A stretch of 64,000 bases of DNA, taken from positions 2,048,001-2,112,000 of the forward strand of contig OZ220744.1 in the NCBI GenBank assembly GCA_965116925.1, read 5' to 3'. Under the pieces are notes generated by a model. The model made no database searches. It saw only the letters and a list, made by a program, of their open reading frames with translations, and had not been told where the DNA came from. Below are positions 50,440-59,507 of the stretch, one piece after another (positions within the stretch are counted from its first letter, which is position 1; the number at the start of each line of letters is the position of its first letter). A program made the position numbers and the translations under genes. This DNA comes from Candidatus Poribacteria bacterium (lineage in GTDB: Bacteria; Poribacteria; WGA-4E; PCPOR2b).

Positions 50440-51687
50440 ATGACCTCAAAAGATTTTATCGTCAAAGACATTGAACGGATTGTGCTAAACATACCTTTCC
50501 ACCCCCGTTGTGCCCATGTAAAAGAGGTGCGTGTCTCCGACTGGTCGATCGTGGAGTTGTGCAAGGTGACCACAGCTTCGGGAGTTGTTGGAATCGGGGA
50601 GACGCTTCCGCATTACACATGGGGCAGATCAGGAGACGAACAGTTTAATCGGGTGCGCGATCGGAATATCTTTGAATTTCTAATGGACGACAGTCTCGGT
50701 GCTGGGCTACAAATGGCACTGTTCGATGCCGCCGGCAAATTGCTGGATGTGCCGTGCCATCGCCTGATGGGATCGCAGTATCGCGAGACCTGTCCGGTGT
50801 CTTGGTGGGCACAAGACATGAAACCCGAAGAGTGGGCAGCCGAAGCAAAAACGGCGGAAGCACACGGTTTTACAAATATTAAGGTGAAAGCGCGTCCTTG
50901 GTTTGACATTGACCAACAGTTAGGGGCGGTCTGTGAAGCGGTATCACCTCACTTTAAGTTGGACGCAGATTTCAATGGATTGCTGTTGCGTATAGATTTG
51001 GCTGCGCCGTTAATCAGTCGTCTGGAACAGAAATACAGCAATCTGGCGATTGTGGAATCCCCTATTCCACAAGAGGATGTGGAGGGAAATGCGCTGCTCC
51101 GACAAAAAATCCGTACTCCGATTGCCATGCACATGGGTAACCCGCCGGTTATGACCGCGATCCGGGAGGGTGTGTGTGATGGATTTGTCATTGGTGGAGG
51201 TGTTAACCGCACCTTGAAGGATGGTATTCTGGCAGAACGGGCGCAGATGCCGTTCTGGTTGCAGATGGTCGGAACTGGGTTGACCACGATGTTCTCTGTC
51301 CATTTGGGAGCGGTGTTGGAGAGTGCTCGTTGGCCTGCCATTCCATGTATCAATATTTTCTCTCACAACTTGCTCAAGGAATTTAAGGTGGAGGGTGGCC
51401 ATGTCAAAGTGCCAGAAAGTCCGGGGCTGGGCGTTGAACTCGACTGGGAGGCGATAGAGCAGTGTCGTGTTGAACCCGATTTCAAGAAACCGGTTGCACG
51501 TCAGATTCACACTATTTTGTGGCCCGATGGGCGGCAAACGCACTATCCGGATGGTAGTTATCGATCGGTTTTTCTTGCGGGCAAACTTCCGCCGTTCCTA
51601 CCGGGTGTTTCCTTAGAACGTCGCTTGGATGACGGCTCGGAAACGTTTGATCGGGAGTATCGGGAACTATTCCCCGAAACAAGTTGA
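50440..51687 (+). CDS. Mandelate racemase/muconate lactonizing enzyme family protein
   Basis: QMALFDAAGK, KVKARP, DADFN, VESP, PGLGVE. Confidence 0.85.
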   Translation: MTSKDFIVKDIERIVLNIPFHPRCAHVKEVRVSDWSIVELCKVTTASGVVGIGETLPHYTWGRSGDEQFNRVRDRNIFEFLMDDSLGAGLQMALFDAAGKLLDVPCHRLMGSQYRETCPVSWWAQDMKPEEWAAEAKTAEAHGFTNIKVKARPWFDIDQQLGAVCEAVSPHFKLDADFNGLLLRIDLAAPLISRLEQKYSNLAIVESPIPQEDVEGNALLRQKIRTPIAMHMGNPPVMTAIREGVCDGFVIGGGVNRTLKDGILAERAQMPFWLQMVGTGLTTMFSVHLGAVLESARWPAIPCINIFSHNLLKEFKVEGGHVKVPESPGLGVELDWEAIEQCRVEPDFKKPVARQIHTILWPDGRQTHYPDGSYRSVFLAGKLPPFLPGVSLERRLDDGSETFDREYRELFPETS

Positions 51688-51725
51688 CAATACCTACCTC
51701 ACTGGCTTTAGCCAAAGGAGTGGCG

Positions 51726-52913
51726 ATGAACTTTTCAAATTCGGGGGTATCTTCCTTTACAATTCCGCCGACCGTTATCACCGGTATCGGTGCGGCGGAG
51801 CAGGTCGGCGAGCAAGCGAAACGCTTGGACGGAGAGAAGGCGTTGGTTGTGACTGATCCGGGGATTTCCAAACTCGGTTATGCCGATGGGACTGTAAAAC
51901 AGCTGAACGCCGTGGGGATTGACGCGTCCATTTTTGAGGACGTGACACCGGATCCAACGCTGCAAAACGTCAATGACGGTTTGGAACAGTACTGTAGCGA
52001 TGCTTGCAATCTGATTGTCAGTATTGGCGGCGGCAGCGCGATTGATTGTGGAAAGGGTATCGCTGTAAAATTGACCAACGATGCCCCCCTTGTAGAGTAT
52101 ATGGGTGTGAACAAGATTCCCAATCCGGGGGCCCCGCTTATCGCCATCCCGACGACAGCCGGGACCGGCAGCGAGTGTACAAAAGTTACGGTGCTTACCG
52201 ACACTGAGCGAAACGTGAAGATGATGCTCAGTAGCCCGTGTCTGCTGGCGCAGGTCGCGCTTATCGATCCGCTGTTGTCGTTGACGACACCGCCACATCT
52301 GACAGCAGCAGTTGGGATTGATGCCCTGACACATGCTATCGAAGCTTACATCTCCAAACGTGCTCAACCGATCACCGACGCCCTGTCCCTGAAGGCGGTT
52401 CGTTTAATCTCCGGTTCCATGCGGCAAGCGTGGGCGAGTGGTGAGAATATTGAGGCGCGAACGGATATGATGATTGGGGCTTCCATCGCTGGTATGGCGT
52501 TTAGCAATTCATCTGTGGCGTTGGTGCACGGGATGTCCCGCCCGATCGGGGCATACTTCCATATCCACCACGGCTTATCAAACTCCGTTTTGCTGTTAGA
52601 TGTTATGGAGTTCAGCGTTGTTGGCACCCCTGCTCGCTTCGCCGATATTGCCCGGGCAATGGGTGAACCGACTGAGGGGTTGTCACTGATGGGGCAGGCA
52701 GATCGCGCAGTTGCAGCGGTAGAGCGATTGATTAACGATATTCAAATGCCGCGCCTGGGGGAGATTGGCATTGATCTGAACAAGTTTGAGGCGGTCGTGG
52801 ATCAGATGGCATCGGACGCCATTGAGAGCGGTAGCCCCGCCAATAACCCGCGCCAGCCAACACACGAAGAGATTGTCGCGTTGTATCGGAGATGCTTCGC
52901 AGAACGGAAGTAG
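51726..52913 (+). CDS. Iron-containing alcohol dehydrogenase
   Basis: GGGSAIDCGK, PTTAGTGSE, DALTHAIE, HGMS, HHG. Confidence 0.93.
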   Translation: MNFSNSGVSSFTIPPTVITGIGAAEQVGEQAKRLDGEKALVVTDPGISKLGYADGTVKQLNAVGIDASIFEDVTPDPTLQNVNDGLEQYCSDACNLIVSIGGGSAIDCGKGIAVKLTNDAPLVEYMGVNKIPNPGAPLIAIPTTAGTGSECTKVTVLTDTERNVKMMLSSPCLLAQVALIDPLLSLTTPPHLTAAVGIDALTHAIEAYISKRAQPITDALSLKAVRLISGSMRQAWASGENIEARTDMMIGASIAGMAFSNSSVALVHGMSRPIGAYFHIHHGLSNSVLLLDVMEFSVVGTPARFADIARAMGEPTEGLSLMGQADRAVAAVERLINDIQMPRLGEIGIDLNKFEAVVDQMASDAIESGSPANNPRQPTHEEIVALYRRCFAERK

Positions 52914-52918
52914 ACGCT

Positions 52919-53677
52919 TCAAATCGATAAGATATATCTTTGTGCCTCGCTCAGACGAGCGTGTGTTTCTGGATGGATAAATTTGCGTTGGTCGGTCAAC
53001 TGCTTGTGATCGCGACGGCAGTAGTAAGCGAGCATCCCGTGGCGTAGGGAGCCGGTTTGATTCAACCCGCCCGCGTGCCAGAGATGTGAATTAAAGACAA
53101 TGACAGTTCCTGCTGCTGCTATCAATTGGATTTCCTCTGGGTGATGTTGTGTTGCGTCCTCCAATGCGTCCTTGGGGTGTTTACCGCTACGATGGGAACC
53201 CGGTACAACCCGCGTTGCGCCGTTCTCCTCCGTAAAATCGTCTAGTAGCCACATGGAGTTACAAACGTAGTAATCGCCCGGCTCTACCCCTGAACGCCAG
53301 TCTGCGTGAAACGCTTGGTGCCCTTGCCCGGGCAGCGCCATCCGGCAATCCAGCGAGGACAACTTGAACCTAGGACCGATAACATGCTCTATGGCAGCAA
53401 GCACGCGCGGGTGTGAAAAGCCTATCTGGAACATTGGACCTTTATTGACAAGATTGCTTACCCGGATTGTTCCGTCCTCCTGATGAAGTTCCTTACCGGC
53501 ATCTTCTCCTTCCAGTTCTGCCAATTTGTCCAACCGACGAATCATGTTCGCAATCTGTTCTGGGGTGAGAATCCTCCCAAGTGGGAGATAGCCGTTTAGA
53601 TCCAAGAAGTCCTTTTCTTTTTCCGATAGTGTGTTGTTCCGGACACCAGATTCTAGTAAGGCTTGATTCATGTTCAT
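52919..53677 (-). CDS. Phytanoyl-CoA dioxygenase (PhyH) family protein
   Basis: HAD, NGATRVVPGSH, LWHAG. Confidence 0.9.
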   Translation of the reverse strand: MNMNQALLESGVRNNTLSEKEKDFLDLNGYLPLGRILTPEQIANMIRRLDKLAELEGEDAGKELHQEDGTIRVSNLVNKGPMFQIGFSHPRVLAAIEHVIGPRFKLSSLDCRMALPGQGHQAFHADWRSGVEPGDYYVCNSMWLLDDFTEENGATRVVPGSHRSGKHPKDALEDATQHHPEEIQLIAAAGTVIVFNSHLWHAGGLNQTGSLRHGMLAYYCRRDHKQLTDQRKFIHPETHARLSEAQRYILSI

Positions 53678-53737
53678 TGTCAATCTCTCCTTTTTCAACT
53701 CTCCGCTGTCCCGTTTTCAGGTTTTCTCGTTTTCCCG

Positions 53738-54619
53738 TTATCCTATTTTATCTGAAGGGGTTCTTTTTGCCTCCCACATCTCCCAAGATTCGACCGTCTC
53801 TGGTTGCTGACTGCGTGCGACAAAACCGGGCCACTTTTCAAGCAGCCATTCCAATGGACTACCTGTTGGACTGTAGCGCAGGTCGATACTCCAGCGAATA
53901 TCATCACTAGTATTCTCTAGGGACCGGTGAAAAGTAAGATTGCCGAACACGAGGACATCCCCCACCTTCATGCACACGTTCTGGACCTCTCCCCAACTCT
54001 CAACATCCTCTATAGGAACGAGTCGCCCATTTTCGTCGCGGCGCGGTGGTCGAAGCCCCTGTTTGTGGCTTCCGGGAATTATTTGCAAACAGCCGTTGTG
54101 CTCATCAACATCTACCATGGGGATCCATACCGTCAGGATTTGGCTCTCCTCCGAAAAAGTGACTTGCTGACCGGGATCGGCGTTGCCATTGTAGTAGATG
54201 CTGTCTTGGTGCCACGGAAAGACAGACTCTCCTCCAGTCGGCATCTTGAAGCGAATCCAATAATCTCCATTGACGGTAATCTCCGGACCAATTAGCGAGT
54301 CGACGATATCCAAGATCTTCGGATGGGTCAATAGTCCATAAACCTCGCGACTGAAGACCTCTTTATTCCAATTCCAACTTAAGAGCGGTCCTTTCTGAGA
54401 CTCACGCTGAATCTGTGTGAGTCGATTATAAAAGGACATATTTTCATACAGACTTGAGATTTTGCCTTGGGCGTAGAGCTCTCTGGCGCGATCGTCAATG
54501 GCAGATGAAATGACCCGGCGAAGCGGATCGAAATCCCCTTCATCGAGCACACCACGAACTAGCAAATACCCTTGCTCGTGGAATGCTTGGCGTTGCGCTG
54601 TGGTTGGCAAATTATCCAT
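53738..54619 (-). CDS. PhyH family dioxygenase
   Basis: WHQD, NGCLQIIPGSH, FHRS, RWSIDLRY. Confidence 0.9.
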   Translation of the reverse strand: MDNLPTTAQRQAFHEQGYLLVRGVLDEGDFDPLRRVISSAIDDRARELYAQGKISSLYENMSFYNRLTQIQRESQKGPLLSWNWNKEVFSREVYGLLTHPKILDIVDSLIGPEITVNGDYWIRFKMPTGGESVFPWHQDSIYYNGNADPGQQVTFSEESQILTVWIPMVDVDEHNGCLQIIPGSHKQGLRPPRRDENGRLVPIEDVESWGEVQNVCMKVGDVLVFGNLTFHRSLENTSDDIRWSIDLRYSPTGSPLEWLLEKWPGFVARSQQPETVESWEMWEAKRTPSDKIG

Positions 54620-54671
54620 AACAAACCCTTCTGCTATGATGAGATTAGGATTTAAGAGTAGAGAATTCCTG

Positions 54672-55520
54672 TTATCCCCAACGCTGCTCCGGCGGGTCAA
54701 ATAAGAAACCGTGGAAGAGCTTACGTTGTTCTGGAGAAAGACGACTGTTGTAGAACCCTTTGGAATAGCCCCAATGCTCTTGGGAGGCGATCATCCACGG
54801 ATGTTCATAGGCATAGTAGAGCATGAACCGATACCCCTCCGTTTGGGTAAATGGTCCCGCTGAGTGCCAGAGGGCGTTGTGGAACAGGATTGCTGTCCCC
54901 GCAGGGGCGCAGATCTGCACCGCGCCGGGAAACAGGTCAGGACGCTGCAAATCATCTTGCGGTGGCTCGTATGTTGCTTTGTGGCTCGCAGGAACGACGC
55001 AGAGATTCCCCTGTCCGGGCGATGTCATATCGTTCAAGTAGTAGCCGATCTTGAGTTGGAGAAAGGGAATCGGTGCCCCAAGCCCACGGTATCCCTGATC
55101 GTGACCGTCAATATGCCACCCCATCCCTCGATGTGTTAGGTCGGTTTCATACTCGACGATAGCGTCGGAAGCGTGATGGTGTGGCATTTCATTGAATAGC
55201 CCCTTGACGTAAGGCATCATCGGTGACCAATCCAGCATCTCAAGGAACAGGGGATCGTCATCTAGGATATAGAAGATGCGGGTGCTTTTCTCGCCCTTAA
55301 TATCCGTCTTACCGGTATGGGGAATTTCTTTTTCCTGTTTTTCACGTCGCTGGGCTATCACGCGAAACAACGCCTCTCGGAGTTCGTTAACATGGCTTTC
55401 CGCCAAGAAGTTTTCCAGTACCAGATAGCCGTTATTGTCGAAAAAGAAACGCTCCGATTGTGTTGGCCCTGCTTCGTGTGCTGAGCACGATACCTGTGTT
55501 ACATTGTTTTCTGACATCAT
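54672..55520 (-). CDS. PhyH family dioxygenase
   Basis: WHID, VVPASH, LWHS. Confidence 0.88.
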   Translation of the reverse strand: MMSENNVTQVSCSAHEAGPTQSERFFFDNNGYLVLENFLAESHVNELREALFRVIAQRREKQEKEIPHTGKTDIKGEKSTRIFYILDDDPLFLEMLDWSPMMPYVKGLFNEMPHHHASDAIVEYETDLTHRGMGWHIDGHDQGYRGLGAPIPFLQLKIGYYLNDMTSPGQGNLCVVPASHKATYEPPQDDLQRPDLFPGAVQICAPAGTAILFHNALWHSAGPFTQTEGYRFMLYYAYEHPWMIASQEHWGYSKGFYNSRLSPEQRKLFHGFLFDPPEQRWG

Positions 55521-55526
55521 ATAGGA

Positions 55527-55860
55527 ACCTCTCCAATCTTAGTTATGTCAACTACCCCGCCCTGAAGGACGGGGTAGTTGATACCGTCCAACGGGACTTA
55601 CGCTTGGGCAATTATCTTACCCGTGACGCTACCTTGGTGCTTTGAAAAGCCCTAAGAGATAGCGCGGTTATGCGGCTCTGGCTCGTAACTTTACACACCC
55701 GCCACCGCACGGTCACAGCAACCGTTTAGAAGGATTGACCATGTAGCGGTGCTATCATGGTTTCACCTTCCGGGTGACACCTCAGACAAACCACACCTTT
55801 CACATTGAAGTGAGAAGGCAGCGAAAAACGAGCGTTTTTCCTAAGTCGTCGAGTTACGGC
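55527..55860 (-). ncRNA. Candidate stand-alone omegaRNA-like structured ncRNA
   Basis: Extended -10 TGATAGAAT at 55873-55865; many hairpins; ends at IS right end TTGAC followed by a putative guide. Confidence 0.5.
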
Positions 55861-55974
55861 ATATATTCTATCATACATTTACCTGAAAAGGGTAGGGCAG
55901 ATTACAAAAACAACAAAAAGGGGGCGCAGTTCCCTCATCGCCCTAACGGGTGAGGCTTCCACTGCGAAGATTTG
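55547..55974 (-). mobile_element. Non-autonomous IS200/IS605-derived element with no ORF, encoding a structured RNA
   Basis: Right-end palindrome GTCAACTACCCCG-CCCTGAAGGA-CGGGGTAGTTGA; left-end hairpin CCTCATCGCCCTAACGGGTGAGG enclosed by CGCAG/CTGCG; flanking GTGA (TCAC on minus). Confidence 0.75.
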
Positions 55975-55993
55975 GTGAATTTTGACGTACTCT

Positions 55994-56326
55994 CTAGGAG
56001 GTATTGGCAGTCACGCGGATGACTTGTCCGGGTTGAACTTCTCTTAGAACTTCGTTCACTCTCAACATAGCAGGTTGGATGTCCTCAGTACGATTGCTTC
56101 TCGCAGAAATTAAAATAACACCAATATTGTATTTGCTGAGGTCCTATTGATGTTCGATGCTTCCATCCATTGTCACCAGCACATCAAACGCTGCCTCGGC
56201 TTGCTGGAGTAGTTCGCTATTTCGCTGTCCTTTCCAACCTTGCCGGGAAACAGTCGTCACTTGAAAATCAGCATCAAAATACCGTACTAATCGCCAGTCT
56301 AAGTTTTCGTCAAGTAGTACGCGCAT
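55994..56326 (-). pseudogene. DUF5615 PIN-like toxin with an internal TAG stop
   Basis: MRVLLDENL...LVTMDGSIEHQ*DLSKYNIGVILISARSNR...; frame continues to a TAG at 55994. Confidence 0.8.
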
Positions 56327-56567
56327 ATTGCTTTGAGTCCCGGTCTGACCAAGGGTGAGATCCTATTGTTGCTATCAATGCTATTTCTAAAAAGGCGATT
56401 GCCTGTTCACGAGAAACAGAAGGGAAACCTTCAAGGAAGTAGTCAAGACTATCTCCTGCTTTTAAATGGTCAATCAGAGACTTTACAGGGACACGGGTGC
56501 CAGTGAACACCGGCGTTCCCCCGTGAATGTCGGGGTCTTGGTTTATCACTTGCTCTGGCTTCATCAT
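56310..56567 (-). CDS. DUF433 antitoxin
   Basis: DPDIHGGTPVFTGTRVPV..L..G.S...FL..FPSV. Confidence 0.9.
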   Translation of the reverse strand: MMKPEQVINQDPDIHGGTPVFTGTRVPVKSLIDHLKAGDSLDYFLEGFPSVSREQAIAFLEIALIATIGSHPWSDRDSKQYARTT

Positions 56568-56650
56568 TCTTTTCGCGGCGGAGACTCTCACAGCCACGCC
56601 CTTTCTTTTTTATTATGTTGGTGTCTTCTCTGAATAACGGGATTGCTCAC

Positions 56651-57472
56651 TCAAATCAGCAACTGCACACGCGAGCGATTTTCCGGTGAAAGCACGGCGT
56701 GAATCCGCTTCCGAATCATTTCAGGAGAGTAACGCCGCGAAAAATGGGTTAAGATAATGTGTTCGCTCTCAAACATCTCTAGCAATTCGGGCAACGTATC
56801 TAGGTGCAGGTGCATCGTTGTTGCTGCCCGTTCTTGATGTTCAGGCAAGAGGAAAGTGCACTCGCAAATCAACACTTGACACCCCTTGAGTAACGGGTGA
56901 GAGTCAATAGGGACGGTACGGGTGTCTCCTAGATAAGCAATAAGCGGCAATTCTACTCGGTTTGTTACTGTTACACCGTTGCGTCGCAGCCGAGCAATCT
57001 CAGGTCCCGGCAAACCGAAGTACTCGGATTTGAGCTTGTCACGTGTCTCACAAACAAGGTAACCTACCGATGGCACACGGTGATCGAGCGGTAAAACATG
57101 CGCCACAAGGTTCTCACGAAACGGAATCTTGTCTCCGGCCTGCACCGGTGTCAAGCAGTAGTCCCACACTTTTCCGCAATCCAACAGCGAAATCCGTTCG
57201 ATGAGGTCTCGTAGCTGATTAGCCCCTTCTTGGGGGACGTAGATGTTCCCTGGCGGTATACCGTTAAGCCATCGCTGGCTGACATAAATTGGGATTCCAA
57301 AATAGTGATCCAAATGAAAGTGGGAGATGAACACGTGGCCGGTGCCGATAAAACTCATCGGGCATCTGCCGAGGTCAAAGATGAGATCAAGCTCTTTGAC
57401 CCGTAGATAGGTCGCTACGGCGGAGCTTGATTCACCTTCAATCGCTAGATTTCCACAGCGTAATGACACCAT
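56651..57472 (-). CDS. Metallo-beta-lactamase fold nuclease, RNase Z-like
   Basis: SHFHLDH, HRVPSVGY, exosite GLPGPEI, GDT, ECTF, THFSRRY. Confidence 0.8.
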   Translation of the reverse strand: MVSLRCGNLAIEGESSSAVATYLRVKELDLIFDLGRCPMSFIGTGHVFISHFHLDHYFGIPIYVSQRWLNGIPPGNIYVPQEGANQLRDLIERISLLDCGKVWDYCLTPVQAGDKIPFRENLVAHVLPLDHRVPSVGYLVCETRDKLKSEYFGLPGPEIARLRRNGVTVTNRVELPLIAYLGDTRTVPIDSHPLLKGCQVLICECTFLLPEHQERAATTMHLHLDTLPELLEMFESEHIILTHFSRRYSPEMIRKRIHAVLSPENRSRVQLLI

Positions 57473-57488
57473 ATAATCCAAGCCCCTC

Positions 57489-58442
57489 TTATACCAATGC
57501 GCCGGTACAGGATGACCCGCTCCCCGCTGTACAACCGAAACAGTAATTTCCAGTGACGATTCTCCGACGCGCAAACACGTCCGGATCGAAATCTTTTATA
57601 TGTTGCGGCAGGCCTTTTGCCACTGGCAATTTGAGTGCTAAGTTGAAATCACAGTCGTACATGCTCCCATCCCACCCGATGTTAATCTGGTGGCGACACA
57701 TCAATCCATCCAGTGTTGCTGAATTAAAGGAATCTCGGAGGAGTTGATTATACGCCTCAAGCCCATTTTCCCGCTTCAGGTCGCTACGAAATCGACCGAT
57801 AGGCATATTGGCGATTGTCAGTAGATAGGTAAATTCTATGCCGTATTTTGATCGTAGTTCTTCTTTGTAGTCTACTTCAAGTTCAGCTTGTTCAGGAGGC
57901 AGTATGGGGCCGACAGGGTTGTATACAAGGTTCAGAGGAAGGTGGGGCACGATGCCATATCCATAGCTGTTGAGGTGCTTTAATGCCTTGATACTATCCT
58001 CAAAAACACCTGTGCCGCGCTGCATATCAACATTCTCTTCGAGGTAACAGGGAAGAGACGCACAGAGTTGGACCGACTGCTCTTGGAAGAAAGCAGGGAA
58101 GGATTCAAAGCCCGGCTGAAGTAAAATCGTAAGATTGGTTCTCACCATGACAGGGAACCCTTTTTCACGTACTGTTTTCACAAACCGACGAAACTGTGGG
58201 TGCATTTCTGGAGCGCCGCCTGTAATATCTATTAACTTGGCGTTTGTCTTTTCTGCTGCGGCTATCACATGCTCCATCGTTTCCCAATCCATCATCTCTT
58301 TCCGGCGTGGCGAGGATACTACATGGCAATGAGCGCACTCCAGATTACATTTCAACCCGATGTTCACTTGGATTGTCTCAATGTCTAGGCTGTGTAGCCC
58401 TTTTCCATTGTAATTTGCGATCGCCTTTTCAAACCCATTCAT
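57489..58442 (-). CDS. Radical SAM protein, ArsS/DUF3641 family
   Basis: CNLECAHCH, DITGGAPE, ASLPCY, LVYNP, YDCDFN, C-terminal CFGCTAGSGSSC. Confidence 0.85.
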   Translation of the reverse strand: MNGFEKAIANYNGKGLHSLDIETIQVNIGLKCNLECAHCHVVSSPRRKEMMDWETMEHVIAAAEKTNAKLIDITGGAPEMHPQFRRFVKTVREKGFPVMVRTNLTILLQPGFESFPAFFQEQSVQLCASLPCYLEENVDMQRGTGVFEDSIKALKHLNSYGYGIVPHLPLNLVYNPVGPILPPEQAELEVDYKEELRSKYGIEFTYLLTIANMPIGRFRSDLKRENGLEAYNQLLRDSFNSATLDGLMCRHQINIGWDGSMYDCDFNLALKLPVAKGLPQHIKDFDPDVFARRRIVTGNYCFGCTAGSGSSCTGALV

Positions 58443-58632
58443 GATCTGGATCTCCTTCTTTACTGAAAATCGTTTGAAAACCGTGTGCCGATCTGATAAA
58501 ATAGCAAGGCACTTTTTGCTTGATCGAGGAATACCTCCGGGCTTGTCAACGATAGGAAGTATAATGTCTTAAATGGAATAGGCAATGTGATAGTTTACTC
58601 TTTCCCAATTCATTAAATAGAATGGAGAACTC

Positions 58633-59496
58633 ATGAGTGTTAAAATTGGCGTGATTGGCGGTTCAGGATTTTATCAGATGGAAGGGCTAACGGACGTTGA
58701 AGAAATAGAGGTTGAGACTCCCTTTGGAAAACCGAGTGATTCGTTAGTTTTAGGTACAATCGAAGGAACACGTATTGTATTTCTACCACGCCACGGCGTG
58801 GGGCATCGGCTGCTGCCGTCAGAGATAAATGTTCGTGCTAATGTCTACGCTTTAAAAAGCTTAGGGGTTGAATGGATTATCTCTGTAAGCGCAGTCGGTA
58901 GCCTCAGAACCGAGATCGAGCCACGTCACTTTATTGTTCCAGACCAACTCTATGACCACACCAAGAATCGTGTGAGTACCTTTTTTGGTGAAGGACTTTC
59001 CGCCCATGTTAGTCTCGCCCATCCGTTTTGTCCTATCTTGAGTCAACTGCTACACGACGGTGCCGGCAATGTCGGTGCAACGGTTCATAAAGGCGGTACA
59101 TATATCTGTATGGAGGGGCCCGCTTTCTCTACAGAAGCCGAGTCGAATGTGTATAGACACCTCGGATTCGATGTCATCGGTATGACGGCTGCGCCAGAGG
59201 CGAAGCTTACCCGCGAGGCAGAAATTTGTTACGGTGTCCTCGCCTGTTCAACCGATTACGACTGTTGGCATCCGGATCATGACGCCGTCACAGCAGAGCT
59301 GATTTTCGAGAATTTGTCTGCAAATGTAGAAACCGCCAAACGCATTGTCAGAGATGTCATCTCTAAAATTCCTGAGAAACGGACTGGCTGTCCTTGCCCC
59401 CAAGCGCTTGAAAAGTCTATTGCCACAGATCCAATGCGAACACCCGCCTCAACGAAGCAAAAGCTCGATTTGCTAGTGGGCAAGTATCTAAATTGA
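58633..59496 (+). CDS. mtnP: S-methyl-5'-thioadenosine phosphorylase
   Basis: GVIGGSG, TPFGKPS, RHG, EGPAFST.AES, GMT, TDYDCW. Confidence 0.92.
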   Translation: MSVKIGVIGGSGFYQMEGLTDVEEIEVETPFGKPSDSLVLGTIEGTRIVFLPRHGVGHRLLPSEINVRANVYALKSLGVEWIISVSAVGSLRTEIEPRHFIVPDQLYDHTKNRVSTFFGEGLSAHVSLAHPFCPILSQLLHDGAGNVGATVHKGGTYICMEGPAFSTEAESNVYRHLGFDVIGMTAAPEAKLTREAEICYGVLACSTDYDCWHPDHDAVTAELIFENLSANVETAKRIVRDVISKIPEKRTGCPCPQALEKSIATDPMRTPASTKQKLDLLVGKYLN

Positions 59497-59507
59497 CCTC
59501 GCAAAAA

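Noticed and set aside
55547..55860. HEARO/IscB omegaRNA on the plus strand, or a group I intron (IStron)
   Set aside because: The GTCAACTACCCC start resembles HEARO, but I could not find its internal motifs and the promoter points the other way. GACTTA/TAAGTC resembles P7, but no P3-P6 core is evident and the site is intergenic. A covariance-model search is needed to exclude these fully.
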